A stretch of DNA of 64,000 nt from an uncultured Bacteroidales bacterium. Lineage in GTDB: Bacteria; Bacteroidota; Bacteroidia; Bacteroidales; JALTDM01. The stretch lies in the NCBI GenBank assembly GCA_964421355.1, contig CAYQWX010000002.1, positions 10,241 to 74,240 on the forward strand. The letters are read 5' to 3'. Positions within the stretch are counted from its first letter, which is position 1. The number at the start of each line of letters is the position of its first letter. The position numbers were made by a program, and so were the translations under genes. Positions 1 through 8,730 of the stretch are shown here, one piece after another. The notes beneath the pieces are model-generated. The model had not been told where the DNA came from. It worked only from the letters and a program-made list of their open reading frames with translations, and made no database searches.

Positions 1-1
1 T

Positions 2-1036
2 TCCGGATTTGAATTTGATAAAGCATTGTCAAACGGTATTCCAGGTAATAAAATTATCTTTAACGGTCCTGGCAAAACAAAAGCAGATTTGCAAAAAGCA
101 ATAAATCACGGGGCATACATACACGTTGACCATTTTGACGAGCTTTATGATATATTTGAAATAGCAAAAACATCAGAAAAACGTCCAAAATTAGCCATAA
201 GAATAAATATGAATACAGGCATTTACCCTGTATGGGATAGATTTGGGTTTAATTATGAAAACGGTGAAGCTTGGAATGCTATAAATAGGATAATGTTAAA
301 TGATAAAGTAGATTTGGTAGGACTTCATACTCATATAGGAACATATATAATGACACCCGAACCTCATGGAGTTGCCGCAACAAAACTTGCCGAATTAGCA
401 GTAAAAATAAAGAAAAAGTTCGGACATAATATCAACTATATAGATATAGGAGGTGGCTTTGCTTCTGAAAATACATTAAAAGGAGCATATTTGCCGGGAA
501 GAGATACTTTTCCGGGGTTTGACGGCTATGCAGAATCTATCACTAATGCTTTAATAAACTCTGAAATATCGCCAGATGATTTACCTGTGTTGTTTTTAGA
601 AACAGGACGGGCACTTATAGATGATAGTGGATATTTGGCAGGAACGGTAATTGCTACAAAACGACTGCCAAATGGTATGCGCTCATTAATAATAGATGCA
701 GGTGTTAATCTATTATTTACTTCATTCTGGTATGAGCACGAAATATATCCTGCACAAGAAACAGGCTCAAGTACCGAAGACACCGTTATTTACGGACCTC
801 TTTGTATGAACATAGATGTGATAAGAAGTGCTATAAGATTTCCCGCTCTAAAAAAAGGAGACCATTATGTAATCAAAAGAGTTGGTGCATATAATGTTAC
901 ACAGTGGATGCAATTTATAAGTTTGAGACCAAATGTAATACTAATAGATACCCAAGGCAATAGCCATATAATAAGACATAAAGAACAACTTGAAACTATT
1001 ACATCATTAGAAGAAACACCTGAATACATGAAATAA
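2..1036 (+). CDS. PLP-dependent decarboxylase of the Orn/DAP/Arg decarboxylase family (alanine-racemase fold); 5' end lies outside the window
   Basis: The reading frame is open to the window edge (SGFEFDKALSNG... precedes the tracked ORF). Family-typical blocks are present: GLHTHIGT, IDIGGGF, ETGRALID, YGPLCMNIDV, RVGAYN. Substrate cannot be assigned from sequence alone. Confidence 0.75.
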   Translation, partial: SGFEFDKALSNGIPGNKIIFNGPGKTKADLQKAINHGAYIHVDHFDELYDIFEIAKTSEKRPKLAIRINMNTGIYPVWDRFGFNYENGEAWNAINRIMLNDKVDLVGLHTHIGTYIMTPEPHGVAATKLAELAVKIKKKFGHNINYIDIGGGFASENTLKGAYLPGRDTFPGFDGYAESITNALINSEISPDDLPVLFLETGRALIDDSGYLAGTVIATKRLPNGMRSLIIDAGVNLLFTSFWYEHEIYPAQETGSSTEDTVIYGPLCMNIDVIRSAIRFPALKKGDHYVIKRVGAYNVTQWMQFISLRPNVILIDTQGNSHIIRHKEQLETITSLEETPEYMK

Positions 1037-1041
1037 AATAA

Positions 1042-3231
1042 ATGGAAAAAAGTAGGAATGTAAGATTCTTTATTAGCTCTATATTAAATAGTTATTCTCA
1101 AACATTTTTTGCAGAGGATAACTATTTATTTTCCTTATTATTACTATTTACAAGTTTTTTTGACTTATGGTTAGGAATATATGGATTAGTATCGGTATTA
1201 GCTGTCAATAGTGTAGCTTATTTGTTAGGATACAACAAATATTTTATAGAAAAAGGACTATACGGATTTAACGCCTTACTTGTCGGAATAGGTATAGGAG
1301 TATTGTATGTCCCTTCTACTACACTATTAGTAATAATTATATTTTCAGTATTACTCACCTTATTTTTAACCATAGCATTACAGGGAATATTAGGCAAATA
1401 CGGACTTCCATATTTGAGTATCCCTTTTATTGTAGTAATGTGGATTGTGATAATGGCAACGCGAAACTTCCCCGCTCTTGGGCTTGCAGAAAGAGGAATA
1501 TATACATACAATGAGCTATATGCATTAGGTGGCAACAAACTTGTAGAATTATACAACTGGTTAGCGGCACTCCCTGTTGCAAAAAGTATTAAAACATATT
1601 TCTACTCATTAGGAGCAATTTATTTTCAAAACAATATTCTTACAGGAATAATTACAGCAATTGGTTTAATATATTTTTCTCGTATTGCTTTTTCTTTATC
1701 TGTGTTAGGTTTTTATATAGCATATTTGTTTTACCAACTGGTGGGAGGAGACTTTTATGCACTATCTTACACATTTATTGGATTTAATTACATACTTACA
1801 GCCATAGCAATAGGAGGATATTTTTTAGTTCCTTCAAAAACATCATATCTATGGGTAATATTATTACTGCCAATTACTGTATTGCTTACATTTGGCTTAT
1901 CTGCAATGTTGTCAATATGGAGTTTAAGCATTTATTCACTTCCTTTCAATATTATTGTTTTGCTGTTTATATATAGTCTAAAATTAAGAACATCTAAAAA
2001 CAAACATTTGGAAGACAATTTTGTGAGACTAAAAAATCCTGAACAAACATTATATTTATACAAAACTGTTACGGAAAAATTTAAATCGGAAAATTACATT
2101 CCGATAAACCTTCCTTTCAAAGGAGAATGGCAAGTAATGCAAGGACACAATGGGAAATACACTCACAAAGACGAATGGCAACATGCGTGGGATTTTGTAA
2201 TAATAGACGAAAACGGAAAATCATACAAAAACAAAGGAGACTATTGCGAAGACTATTATTGTTATGGAAAACCGGTATTTGCTCCATATTACGGATATGT
2301 AGTAGGAATAGCCGATGGAATACCAGACAACGCAATAGGAGAAGTAAACACTGAACAAAACTGGGGAAACACTATAGTAATAAAACATAGTGAATATTTA
2401 TATTCACAAGTAAGTCATTTAAAGTCCGGAAGCATAAAAGTCAAAATAGGAGATTATGTGAAAAAAGGAGATATGATTGGAGTAGTTGGTAATTCGGGAC
2501 ACTCTCCTTATCCTCACTTACACTTTCAATTACAAGCATTCCCTCATATAGGCTCAAAAACTATAGACTATCCTTTGCATAATTACATAAGGATAAAAAA
2601 TAACCTAAAAGATTTAATAATATTTGGTAAACCTGAGGAAAACGAAATAATATCTCCTACAACACCTGACAATATTCTGAAAGAAACTGTCAAGTTTATT
2701 CCCGGCAAGGTATTAGAGGTATTTAGCAATAATAATCCAAATACACGAAAATGGCTAATTTCAAAAGATATTTATAATCAGACATTTATTGTAGACAAAA
2801 ATACTAATTCATATATTTATTTTTATTCAAACGAAGTAGGAATATTCTTTACAAACTTTAAGGGAGACACAAAATCAGATTTATTTATGCTTTTTCAAGC
2901 AATATATAATTTACCTGTCGTTATAGATAAAAATATAAGTATATCAAATAAGATAAGACCTGATTTGTTTTTCAAAAAACACATTATGTGGATACAAGAT
3001 TTTGTTGCACCATTCATTATTTTTTCAAAAGTGAAATATACAATATCATATATTTCTAAAGATGATGAACTTTTTCCAACACAAGTTACCTTAAAATCAA
3101 ATATGGAAAAAACCATTTTTAACAAAAGCATACAACAAACGGAATATTATATAACAATAACCAAACAAGGCATTGTTGAAATAAAAAATAAAAAAACATC
3201 ACAAACTCTAACAATAAACATGAAAAAATGA
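1042..3231 (+). CDS. Fusion protein: N-terminal urea-transporter (UT) family membrane domain, M23 metallopeptidase domain, and an uncharacterised C-terminal region of about 210 aa
   Basis: The N-terminal ~320 aa are polytopic with two UT-like repeats (SQTFFAEDN... and LGAIYFQNNILTGIITAIGLIYFS). The M23 blocks are QHAWDF, NTIVIKHSEYLYSQVSHL and GNSGHSPYPHLHFQL (HxH). The gene starts 5 nt after the upstream stop. Confidence 0.7.
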   Translation: MEKSRNVRFFISSILNSYSQTFFAEDNYLFSLLLLFTSFFDLWLGIYGLVSVLAVNSVAYLLGYNKYFIEKGLYGFNALLVGIGIGVLYVPSTTLLVIIIFSVLLTLFLTIALQGILGKYGLPYLSIPFIVVMWIVIMATRNFPALGLAERGIYTYNELYALGGNKLVELYNWLAALPVAKSIKTYFYSLGAIYFQNNILTGIITAIGLIYFSRIAFSLSVLGFYIAYLFYQLVGGDFYALSYTFIGFNYILTAIAIGGYFLVPSKTSYLWVILLLPITVLLTFGLSAMLSIWSLSIYSLPFNIIVLLFIYSLKLRTSKNKHLEDNFVRLKNPEQTLYLYKTVTEKFKSENYIPINLPFKGEWQVMQGHNGKYTHKDEWQHAWDFVIIDENGKSYKNKGDYCEDYYCYGKPVFAPYYGYVVGIADGIPDNAIGEVNTEQNWGNTIVIKHSEYLYSQVSHLKSGSIKVKIGDYVKKGDMIGVVGNSGHSPYPHLHFQLQAFPHIGSKTIDYPLHNYIRIKNNLKDLIIFGKPEENEIISPTTPDNILKETVKFIPGKVLEVFSNNNPNTRKWLISKDIYNQTFIVDKNTNSYIYFYSNEVGIFFTNFKGDTKSDLFMLFQAIYNLPVVIDKNISISNKIRPDLFFKKHIMWIQDFVAPFIIFSKVKYTISYISKDDELFPTQVTLKSNMEKTIFNKSIQQTEYYITITKQGIVEIKNKKTSQTLTINMKK

Positions 3232-4529
3232 GAATGGGAAAAGTAAAGTGCTTTTTAATTATAATACTGTATGTAATAACTTCCAACTCAAAAGCACAAC
3301 AACCTGCAAATCTTTCTAATATTGACAAGATTACTTATTCGCAATACATGAAAAAAGATTGGGACAATCTTATAAAAACAGGAGAAAAAGCTATAAAAAA
3401 CGGAGTTGAATTTTATTATTTAGATTATCGTATTGGCATTGCATGGTATGCCAAACATAACTTTACCAAAGCAATAAAATATCTAAAAAAAGTGTATAAA
3501 TCCTCTCCAAATGATGTTTTTGTAAAGACATATCTATATTATGCTTACTTACAGACAAACCGTTTTGATGATGCACGATTATTAAGTTATACCTTTGATG
3601 ACAAAGACAAAGAAACCCTTCATATACCATTAAAAAATCCTTTTATCAAATTTACACAGGCATCTTATACTACAAGCAGAATAGGCAATTACAGCTATTA
3701 TTCCCAAAATACGAATGATAATATTGAACAATTGGTAATAAAAAACAACACTGTGTTTAATTTTTTGTGGGGACATTATATAGGCAATAGAACAACTCTT
3801 TCCTTTTCATACACCAAAGTAAATCAAGATTTGGAAATCCGTCCAATAGAAAATAATTCTTTATTACAGCATTTATCACAACCAGAATTTTATACTTCAT
3901 TAAAATATCATATTGCCTATGGATATAGTATATTTGCAGGTATTCATTTTCTTAAAACAACAATATCTACACCTGTGCAAAAAGAAAACAGAAACTCCTC
4001 AAATATAATTTTTAGAGATAATGCTACTTCTTATTCTGCTGGAATAACTAAAGATTTTCCTTTTTTCACTTCCACATTAGAAGCATCTATGTCAAACTTA
4101 AATCTAAAAAAACAGTTGCAACCAACATTAACCTTACAATTTTACCCTTTAGGTAATAATAAATTTTACTTAGCTACAAAAGGTATATATATTCAAGAAA
4201 AAGATGCCAACCACACAAATGAATACTATGCAATAAAACAAGGACTTACTTTTAGGATAAAGCATTATTCTTTTATAAATCCCTCTATCACAATAGGTTC
4301 ATTTAAGAATTATACCGACTACAATGCGTATATAGTAAATAACAATCCCGATAAAACCAAGATTAATTTTGAAAATACAATAAATATAGGACTAAAAAAA
4401 GGAAAAATAAATCTATTCTTTTATTATCAATACAATATAAAAGAAAATACATTTGAGATAAATAATATCGAAAAAAGAAAAACCTATACCGAACAAAACT
4501 TTTTATTTGGTATAAATTGGATATTCTAA
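3228..4529 (+). CDS. Secreted hypothetical protein; TPR-like N-terminal part and a beta-strand-rich (possibly outer-membrane barrel) C-terminal part
   Basis: Signal-peptide-like N-terminus (KCFLIIILYVITSNSKAQQ). Helical repeat-like region (YRIGIAWYAKHNFTKAIKYLKKVYKSSPND). The C-terminal part has alternating aromatic/polar strands and ends in ...FGINWIF. The ATG overlaps the upstream stop (ATGA); ATG 3234 is an alternative start. Confidence 0.55.
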   Translation: MRMGKVKCFLIIILYVITSNSKAQQPANLSNIDKITYSQYMKKDWDNLIKTGEKAIKNGVEFYYLDYRIGIAWYAKHNFTKAIKYLKKVYKSSPNDVFVKTYLYYAYLQTNRFDDARLLSYTFDDKDKETLHIPLKNPFIKFTQASYTTSRIGNYSYYSQNTNDNIEQLVIKNNTVFNFLWGHYIGNRTTLSFSYTKVNQDLEIRPIENNSLLQHLSQPEFYTSLKYHIAYGYSIFAGIHFLKTTISTPVQKENRNSSNIIFRDNATSYSAGITKDFPFFTSTLEASMSNLNLKKQLQPTLTLQFYPLGNNKFYLATKGIYIQEKDANHTNEYYAIKQGLTFRIKHYSFINPSITIGSFKNYTDYNAYIVNNNPDKTKINFENTINIGLKKGKINLFFYYQYNIKENTFEINNIEKRKTYTEQNFLFGINWIF

Positions 4530-4550
4530 TAACAAAAAAACATAACAGAT

Positions 4551-5168
4551 ATGAAACAAATAGCAGTATTATTTAGTTTAGTATTAGCCACTTTGTCTTA
4601 TACAATGGCTCAAACAAATGAAGAGGCAGTTGTCAATGCTTTTAAAAAAAGTTATGAGATTGAAAAACAAGGTAATTACAAAAAGGCTGCAGACGAACTA
4701 AAAAAAGTATATTCCGAAGATTCTTACGAAATTAATTTGCGGTTAGGTTGGCTTACTTATAATGCAGGGCTTTTTCAAGAGTCTGCAAGTTATTACCAAA
4801 AAGCCGTTACTCTAAAACCTTACTCCGAAGAAGCAAGATTCGGGCTTATTAATCCTCGTGCTGCACAAGCTAAATGGTCGGAAGTAATAAATATTTATAA
4901 AAAAATCCTTGAAATAGATCCTAATAATACCATTGCCAATTATAAACTTGGACTTATATATTATGGACAAAAAAAATATTCAGATGCCAAACCATTATTT
5001 GAAAAAATAGTAAATCTCTATCCTTTTGACCACGATGGATTACTTATGCTTGCTTGGACATATTACTATATGGGACAAAAAAACAAAGCAAAAGTGTTGT
5101 TTTACAAAACATTAATGAATAACCCTTATGACAAATCGGCTCAGGAAGGTTTGTCTTTAATTAAATAG
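4551..5168 (+). CDS. Periplasmic tetratricopeptide (TPR) repeat protein
   Basis: Signal peptide MKQIAVLFSLVLATLSYTMAQ followed by several TPR-like units (YQKAVTLKPYSEEA, YKKILEIDPNNTIANYKLGLIYYGQKKYSDAKPLFEKIVNLYP). Confidence 0.75.
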   Translation: MKQIAVLFSLVLATLSYTMAQTNEEAVVNAFKKSYEIEKQGNYKKAADELKKVYSEDSYEINLRLGWLTYNAGLFQESASYYQKAVTLKPYSEEARFGLINPRAAQAKWSEVINIYKKILEIDPNNTIANYKLGLIYYGQKKYSDAKPLFEKIVNLYPFDHDGLLMLAWTYYYMGQKNKAKVLFYKTLMNNPYDKSAQEGLSLIK

Positions 5169-5170
5169 TC

Positions 5171-5764
5171 ATGTTTGGCATATTTTACAAATTAGGTGTT
5201 TTCCACATAATCAATATAGAAGCATACGACCATATTCTGTTTGTAACAATGTTGGTTGCTGTATATCGTATTAAACAGTGGAAACAAGTATTAGCTTTGG
5301 TTACGGCTTTTACAATAGGACACAGCATTAGTTTAGCTTTAGCTACTTTTGATATTATGTCTTTGCCTTCGGATTTGGTAGAGTTTTTAATTGCCGTTAC
5401 AATTTTTCTTACAGGATTGGAGAACCTATTATTCAAAGTTCCTCAAGGAGATAACATATTTTCTTTAAGTTATTGGATAAAATATGGTATTGCCATGTTT
5501 TTTGGCTTAATACATGGCCTTGGATTTTCCACTACATTAAAAAATATTCTTTTGGATTCGTCGTCAGTAATTACTCCCTTATTAGGGTTCAATCTTGGAG
5601 TAGAAACGGGACAAATAATAGTAGTATTCGTGGTTCTTATTTTAATTTTCTTACTTACTAATGTATTAAAAATAAAACATAAATACATTATGTGGACGCT
5701 ATCTGTGATAGGAATTATTATTTCTATTTTGCTAATGTATTATAGGGGAATAGAAATATTATAA
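5171..5764 (+). CDS. HupE/UreJ-like (HupE_UreJ_2 type) integral membrane protein
   Basis: N-terminal FHIINIEAYDHILFV motif, GHSISLALA, GLIHGLGFS and GVETGQ blocks, about 6 TM helices. It starts 2 nt after the upstream stop and a hairpin follows the gene. Confidence 0.7.
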   Translation: MFGIFYKLGVFHIINIEAYDHILFVTMLVAVYRIKQWKQVLALVTAFTIGHSISLALATFDIMSLPSDLVEFLIAVTIFLTGLENLLFKVPQGDNIFSLSYWIKYGIAMFFGLIHGLGFSTTLKNILLDSSSVITPLLGFNLGVETGQIIVVFVVLILIFLLTNVLKIKHKYIMWTLSVIGIIISILLMYYRGIEIL

Positions 5765-5773
5765 ATATAAAAA

Positions 5774-5798
5774 GCCGTCCCTAACTTAAAGAGACGGC
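5774..5798. terminator. Stem-loop between the convergent HupE-like gene (+) and rpmE2 (-)
   Basis: gccgtccc / gagacggc stem with one mismatch. The T-run is on the minus-strand side, so it is a better fit as the rpmE2 terminator. Confidence 0.5.
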
Positions 5799-5830
5799 AT
5801 AAAAACAAACTTAAAAATCCTCTCCTTCGT

Positions 5831-6085
5831 TTATTTTTTCTTAAAATTCTTATAACGGTTATAGAATTTATCAACTCTACCTGCAGAGTCAACCAATTTC
5901 ATCTTACCTGTGAAAAACGGATGAGAAGTATTGGATATTTCAACCTTTACCAATGGATATTCCACACCGTCAATTTCAATAGTGTCTTTTGTCCTTGCGG
6001 TAGAGCGAGTAATAAATGTATAGCCGTTTGAAATGTCTTTGAAAACAACTAACCTGTAGTTTTTTGGATGTATTTCCTTTTTCAT
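5831..6085 (-). CDS. rpmE2: 50S ribosomal protein L31, type B (no CxxC zinc motif)
   Basis: [17 protein letters not shown]...[25 protein letters not shown] is the characteristic L31 sequence and the zinc-binding cysteines are absent. Confidence 0.9.
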   Translation of the reverse strand: MKKEIHPKNYRLVVFKDISNGYTFITRSTARTKDTIEIDGVEYPLVKVEISNTSHPFFTGKMKLVDSAGRVDKFYNRYKNFKKK

Positions 6086-6121
6086 TTTTATTTCTTTTTA
6101 ATGTTCCACACAATCTTTTAG

Positions 6122-6194
6122 TGAACGTGGCAGGGGTCGAACCTGCAACCTACGGCTTAGAAGGCCGTTGCTCTATCCATTGAGCTACACGTCC
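6122..6194 (-). tRNA. tRNA-Arg (anticodon UCU)
   Basis: The reverse complement folds by hand as GGACGTG TA GCTC AATGGATA GAGC A ACGGC CTTCTAA GCCGT AGGTT GCAGG TTCGACC CCTGC CACGTTC A. The acceptor has 7 bp (one G-U), the T-loop is TTCGA, and no CCA is encoded. Confidence 0.9.
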
Positions 6195-6270
6195 ATCACT
6201 TAAAAAAGTGCTGCAAAGATAATACTTTTTATTTTAACTAAAATTAAATTTTTAACAAAAAAATGTAAAA

Positions 6271-6291
6271 ACAGGAAGTTTTTCTTCCTGT
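6271..6291 (-). terminator. Rho-independent terminator downstream of hutU
   Basis: acaggaag / cttcctgt 8-bp stem with T/A runs on both sides, 20 nt past the hutU stop. Confidence 0.6.
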
Positions 6292-6310
6292 TTTTATAGC
6301 TAAGAAAAAA

Positions 6311-8305
6311 TTAAAAAATATTCTCTATTATATTATCATCCACTATGTTAGGAAATGTTATTTGCAATTCTGGAGTTCTTTTCATTTCCCGTTCAATGGC
6401 AAACATTGCTCCTTTGTTTCTAGCCCAACTCCTTCTTGTTATTCCATTATTTACATCCCAAAACAACATTCTTTGTATTCTAATATCGGTTTCAGGAGTG
6501 CCATCAAGCACCATACCGAACCCTCCGTTTATTACTTCTCCCCAACCTACGCCGCCACCATTATGTAACGATACCCAAGTTGCTCCTCTAAATGCATCTC
6601 CAACAAAGTTGTGAACTGCCATATCTGCAGTAAAACGTGAACCGTCATAAATATTAGATGTTTCCCTGTATGGAGAATCTGTCCCAGATACATCATGATG
6701 ATCTCTACCTAATACAATTGGTGCGGATATTATTCCATCTCTTATAGCCTTATTAAAACGTAATGCTATTTTTATCCTACCTTCTGCATCGGCGTACAAA
6801 ATACGGGCTTGTGAACCAACTACTAAATTGTTTGGACCTGCTTCTTTTATCCAATGTATGTTGTCATAAAGTTGATTTTTTATTGGTTCCGGAGCATCGG
6901 TATATATTTCTTCCAATACTTCTTGAGCTATTTTGTCTGATTTTTCCAAATCTTTAGGGTCTCCAGAAGTACATACCCAACGGAAAGGACCAAATCCATA
7001 ATCAAAAAACAAAGGGCCCATTATATCTTCTACATAAGAAGGATAAATAAATCTTCCGTTTGGTTTTACTATATCTGCACCTGCTCTACTTGCTTGCAAC
7101 AAAAAGGCATTACCATAGTCAAAAAAGTACATTCCGTTTTTATGAAGTTCATTTATTGCAGCTATTTGTCTTCTTAATGATTCATGTACTTTTTCTTTAA
7201 ATTGTTCGGGATTGTTTGCCATCATGTATTGTGCCTCTTCCATAGTCAATCCCACCGGATAATATCCTCCCGAATAAGGAATATGCAATGATGTTTGATC
7301 AGATCCTAAATCAACCTTTACACCTTTCTTTACAAGGTATTCCCACAGATCCACAACATTGCCAAGATAACCGATGGACAAAGCTTCTTTTGCTTTTCGT
7401 GCTTGTTCTGCTCTACTCAACACTTTATCCAAATCGTCATATATCTCGTCCACCCAACCTTGGGAGTGCCTTTTTTCTATTGCTTTAGGGTTAATTTCTG
7501 CAATTATCCCTACTATCCCTGCTATACGACTTGCTTTTGCTTGTGCACCAGACATTCCTCCCAAGCCGGAAGATACAAATAATTGACCTCTAATATCCCT
7601 GCTACCCGTAATCATTCTTGCTGCATTCATTACTGTAATGGTAGTTCCGTGTACTATTCCTTGTGGTCCTATATACATATATGAACCCGCTGTCATTTGT
7701 CCATATTGAGTTACTCCCAAAGCATTGTATCTTTCCCAATCGTCTAATTTAGAATAATTTGGTACCATCATTCCATTTGTTACTACAACTCTTGGTGCTT
7801 CTTTGTGTGAAGGAAATAATCCTAGCGGATGCCCCGAATACATAACCAAAGTTTGTTCGTCGGTCATGGTGGCCAGATACTTCATGGTAAGAAGATATTG
7901 TGCCCAGTTTTGAAATACCGAACCGTTACCTCCATAAGTAATGAGTTCGTGTGGGTGTTGTGCCACAGCAGGATCTAAATTATTTTGTATCATTACCATT
8001 ATAGCTGCTGCTTGTTTTGATTTATACGGATATTCGTCTATTGGTCGGGCATACATTTCATAGTCAGGTCTAAACCTGTACATGTATATCCTTCCATATT
8101 TTTCCAGTTCTTCCTTAAACTCTTTTGCCAATACTTCATGCCATTCTTTTGGAAAATACCTTAAACCATTTTTTAATGCTAATTTTTTTTCTTCTTTTGT
8201 TAGTATGTCTTTTCTCCTTGGTGCATGATTTACAGTTGTATCATAAGGCTTAGGGTCCGGTAATTTTTCCGGAATACCTTGTAATATTGCTTTTTTTAAG
8301 TCCAT
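6311..8305 (-). CDS. hutU: Urocanate hydratase (urocanase)
   Basis: Full-length match in character to urocanases (~660 aa), with GGMSGAQ, GLGGMSGAQAKA and DHHDVSGTDSPYRETS blocks. Confidence 0.95.
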   Translation of the reverse strand: MDLKKAILQGIPEKLPDPKPYDTTVNHAPRRKDILTKEEKKLALKNGLRYFPKEWHEVLAKEFKEELEKYGRIYMYRFRPDYEMYARPIDEYPYKSKQAAAIMVMIQNNLDPAVAQHPHELITYGGNGSVFQNWAQYLLTMKYLATMTDEQTLVMYSGHPLGLFPSHKEAPRVVVTNGMMVPNYSKLDDWERYNALGVTQYGQMTAGSYMYIGPQGIVHGTTITVMNAARMITGSRDIRGQLFVSSGLGGMSGAQAKASRIAGIVGIIAEINPKAIEKRHSQGWVDEIYDDLDKVLSRAEQARKAKEALSIGYLGNVVDLWEYLVKKGVKVDLGSDQTSLHIPYSGGYYPVGLTMEEAQYMMANNPEQFKEKVHESLRRQIAAINELHKNGMYFFDYGNAFLLQASRAGADIVKPNGRFIYPSYVEDIMGPLFFDYGFGPFRWVCTSGDPKDLEKSDKIAQEVLEEIYTDAPEPIKNQLYDNIHWIKEAGPNNLVVGSQARILYADAEGRIKIALRFNKAIRDGIISAPIVLGRDHHDVSGTDSPYRETSNIYDGSRFTADMAVHNFVGDAFRGATWVSLHNGGGVGWGEVINGGFGMVLDGTPETDIRIQRMLFWDVNNGITRRSWARNKGAMFAIEREMKRTPELQITFPNIVDDNIIENIF

Positions 8306-8489
8306 AACAAAAATATTTTTTTGCTAAATTAATATTTTTTAAGCACTCATAGAGCATTGATGAAAATAATTTGTTATTATAAAAAATGAGAACATTTTTT
8401 GAAACAAATTTATTTTTGAAATAGATACAATTTCATTTTATTTTTTATTTAATTTGCAATTGAAAAACTAATAAAAAATATGTTATAAT

Positions 8490-8669
8490 ATGGAAGCAAA
8501 AGAACAAAAAGTATTAGAAGCAATGAAAAAAGCGGGAAAAGAACTTAAAACCGCCGACATATCCGAGCTTAGTGGTATAGATAAAAAAGAAGTATCAAAA
8601 ATTATTTCAAATCTTAAAAAGGTTGGACTTATAGAAAGTCCGAAACGTTGCTATTACAGAGCTAAATAA
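8490..8669 (+). CDS. Small (59 aa) winged-helix/HTH-like protein; missed by the 60-aa ORF cutoff
   Basis: Hand translation gives MEAKEQKVLEAMKKAGKELKTADISELSGIDKKEVSKIISNLKKVGLIESPKRCYYRAK. It has an HTH-like core (TADISELSGIDKKEVSKIISNLKK), a clean ATG and TAA, and a hairpin follows. Confidence 0.5.
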   Translation: MEAKEQKVLEAMKKAGKELKTADISELSGIDKKEVSKIISNLKKVGLIESPKRCYYRAK

Positions 8670-8683
8670 GATTGAACAAAAAT

Positions 8684-8706
8684 CCCCTCTTCTTTTTGAG
8701 GAGGGG
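8684..8706. terminator. Bidirectional stem-loop between the small wHTH ORF (+) and dapB (-)
   Basis: cccctcttc ttttt gaggagggg, a 9-bp stem including one G-U. Confidence 0.6.
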
Positions 8707-8730
8707 AGGATAAAATCTTTAATATTTTTT

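Noticed and set aside
1042-5764. Interpreting the UT-family and HupE/UreJ-family genes as a urease or nickel accessory locus
   Set aside because: No ureABC, ureDEFG, hyp or NiFe-hydrogenase genes are present here. The family names alone do not justify a urease assignment, so the operon is reported as uncharacterised instead.
8308-8315. CAAAAATA (reverse complement of TAnnTTTG) right next to the hutU start
   Set aside because: It lies only 3 nt from the ATG, too close to act as a -7 box. It is most likely a chance match in A-rich DNA.
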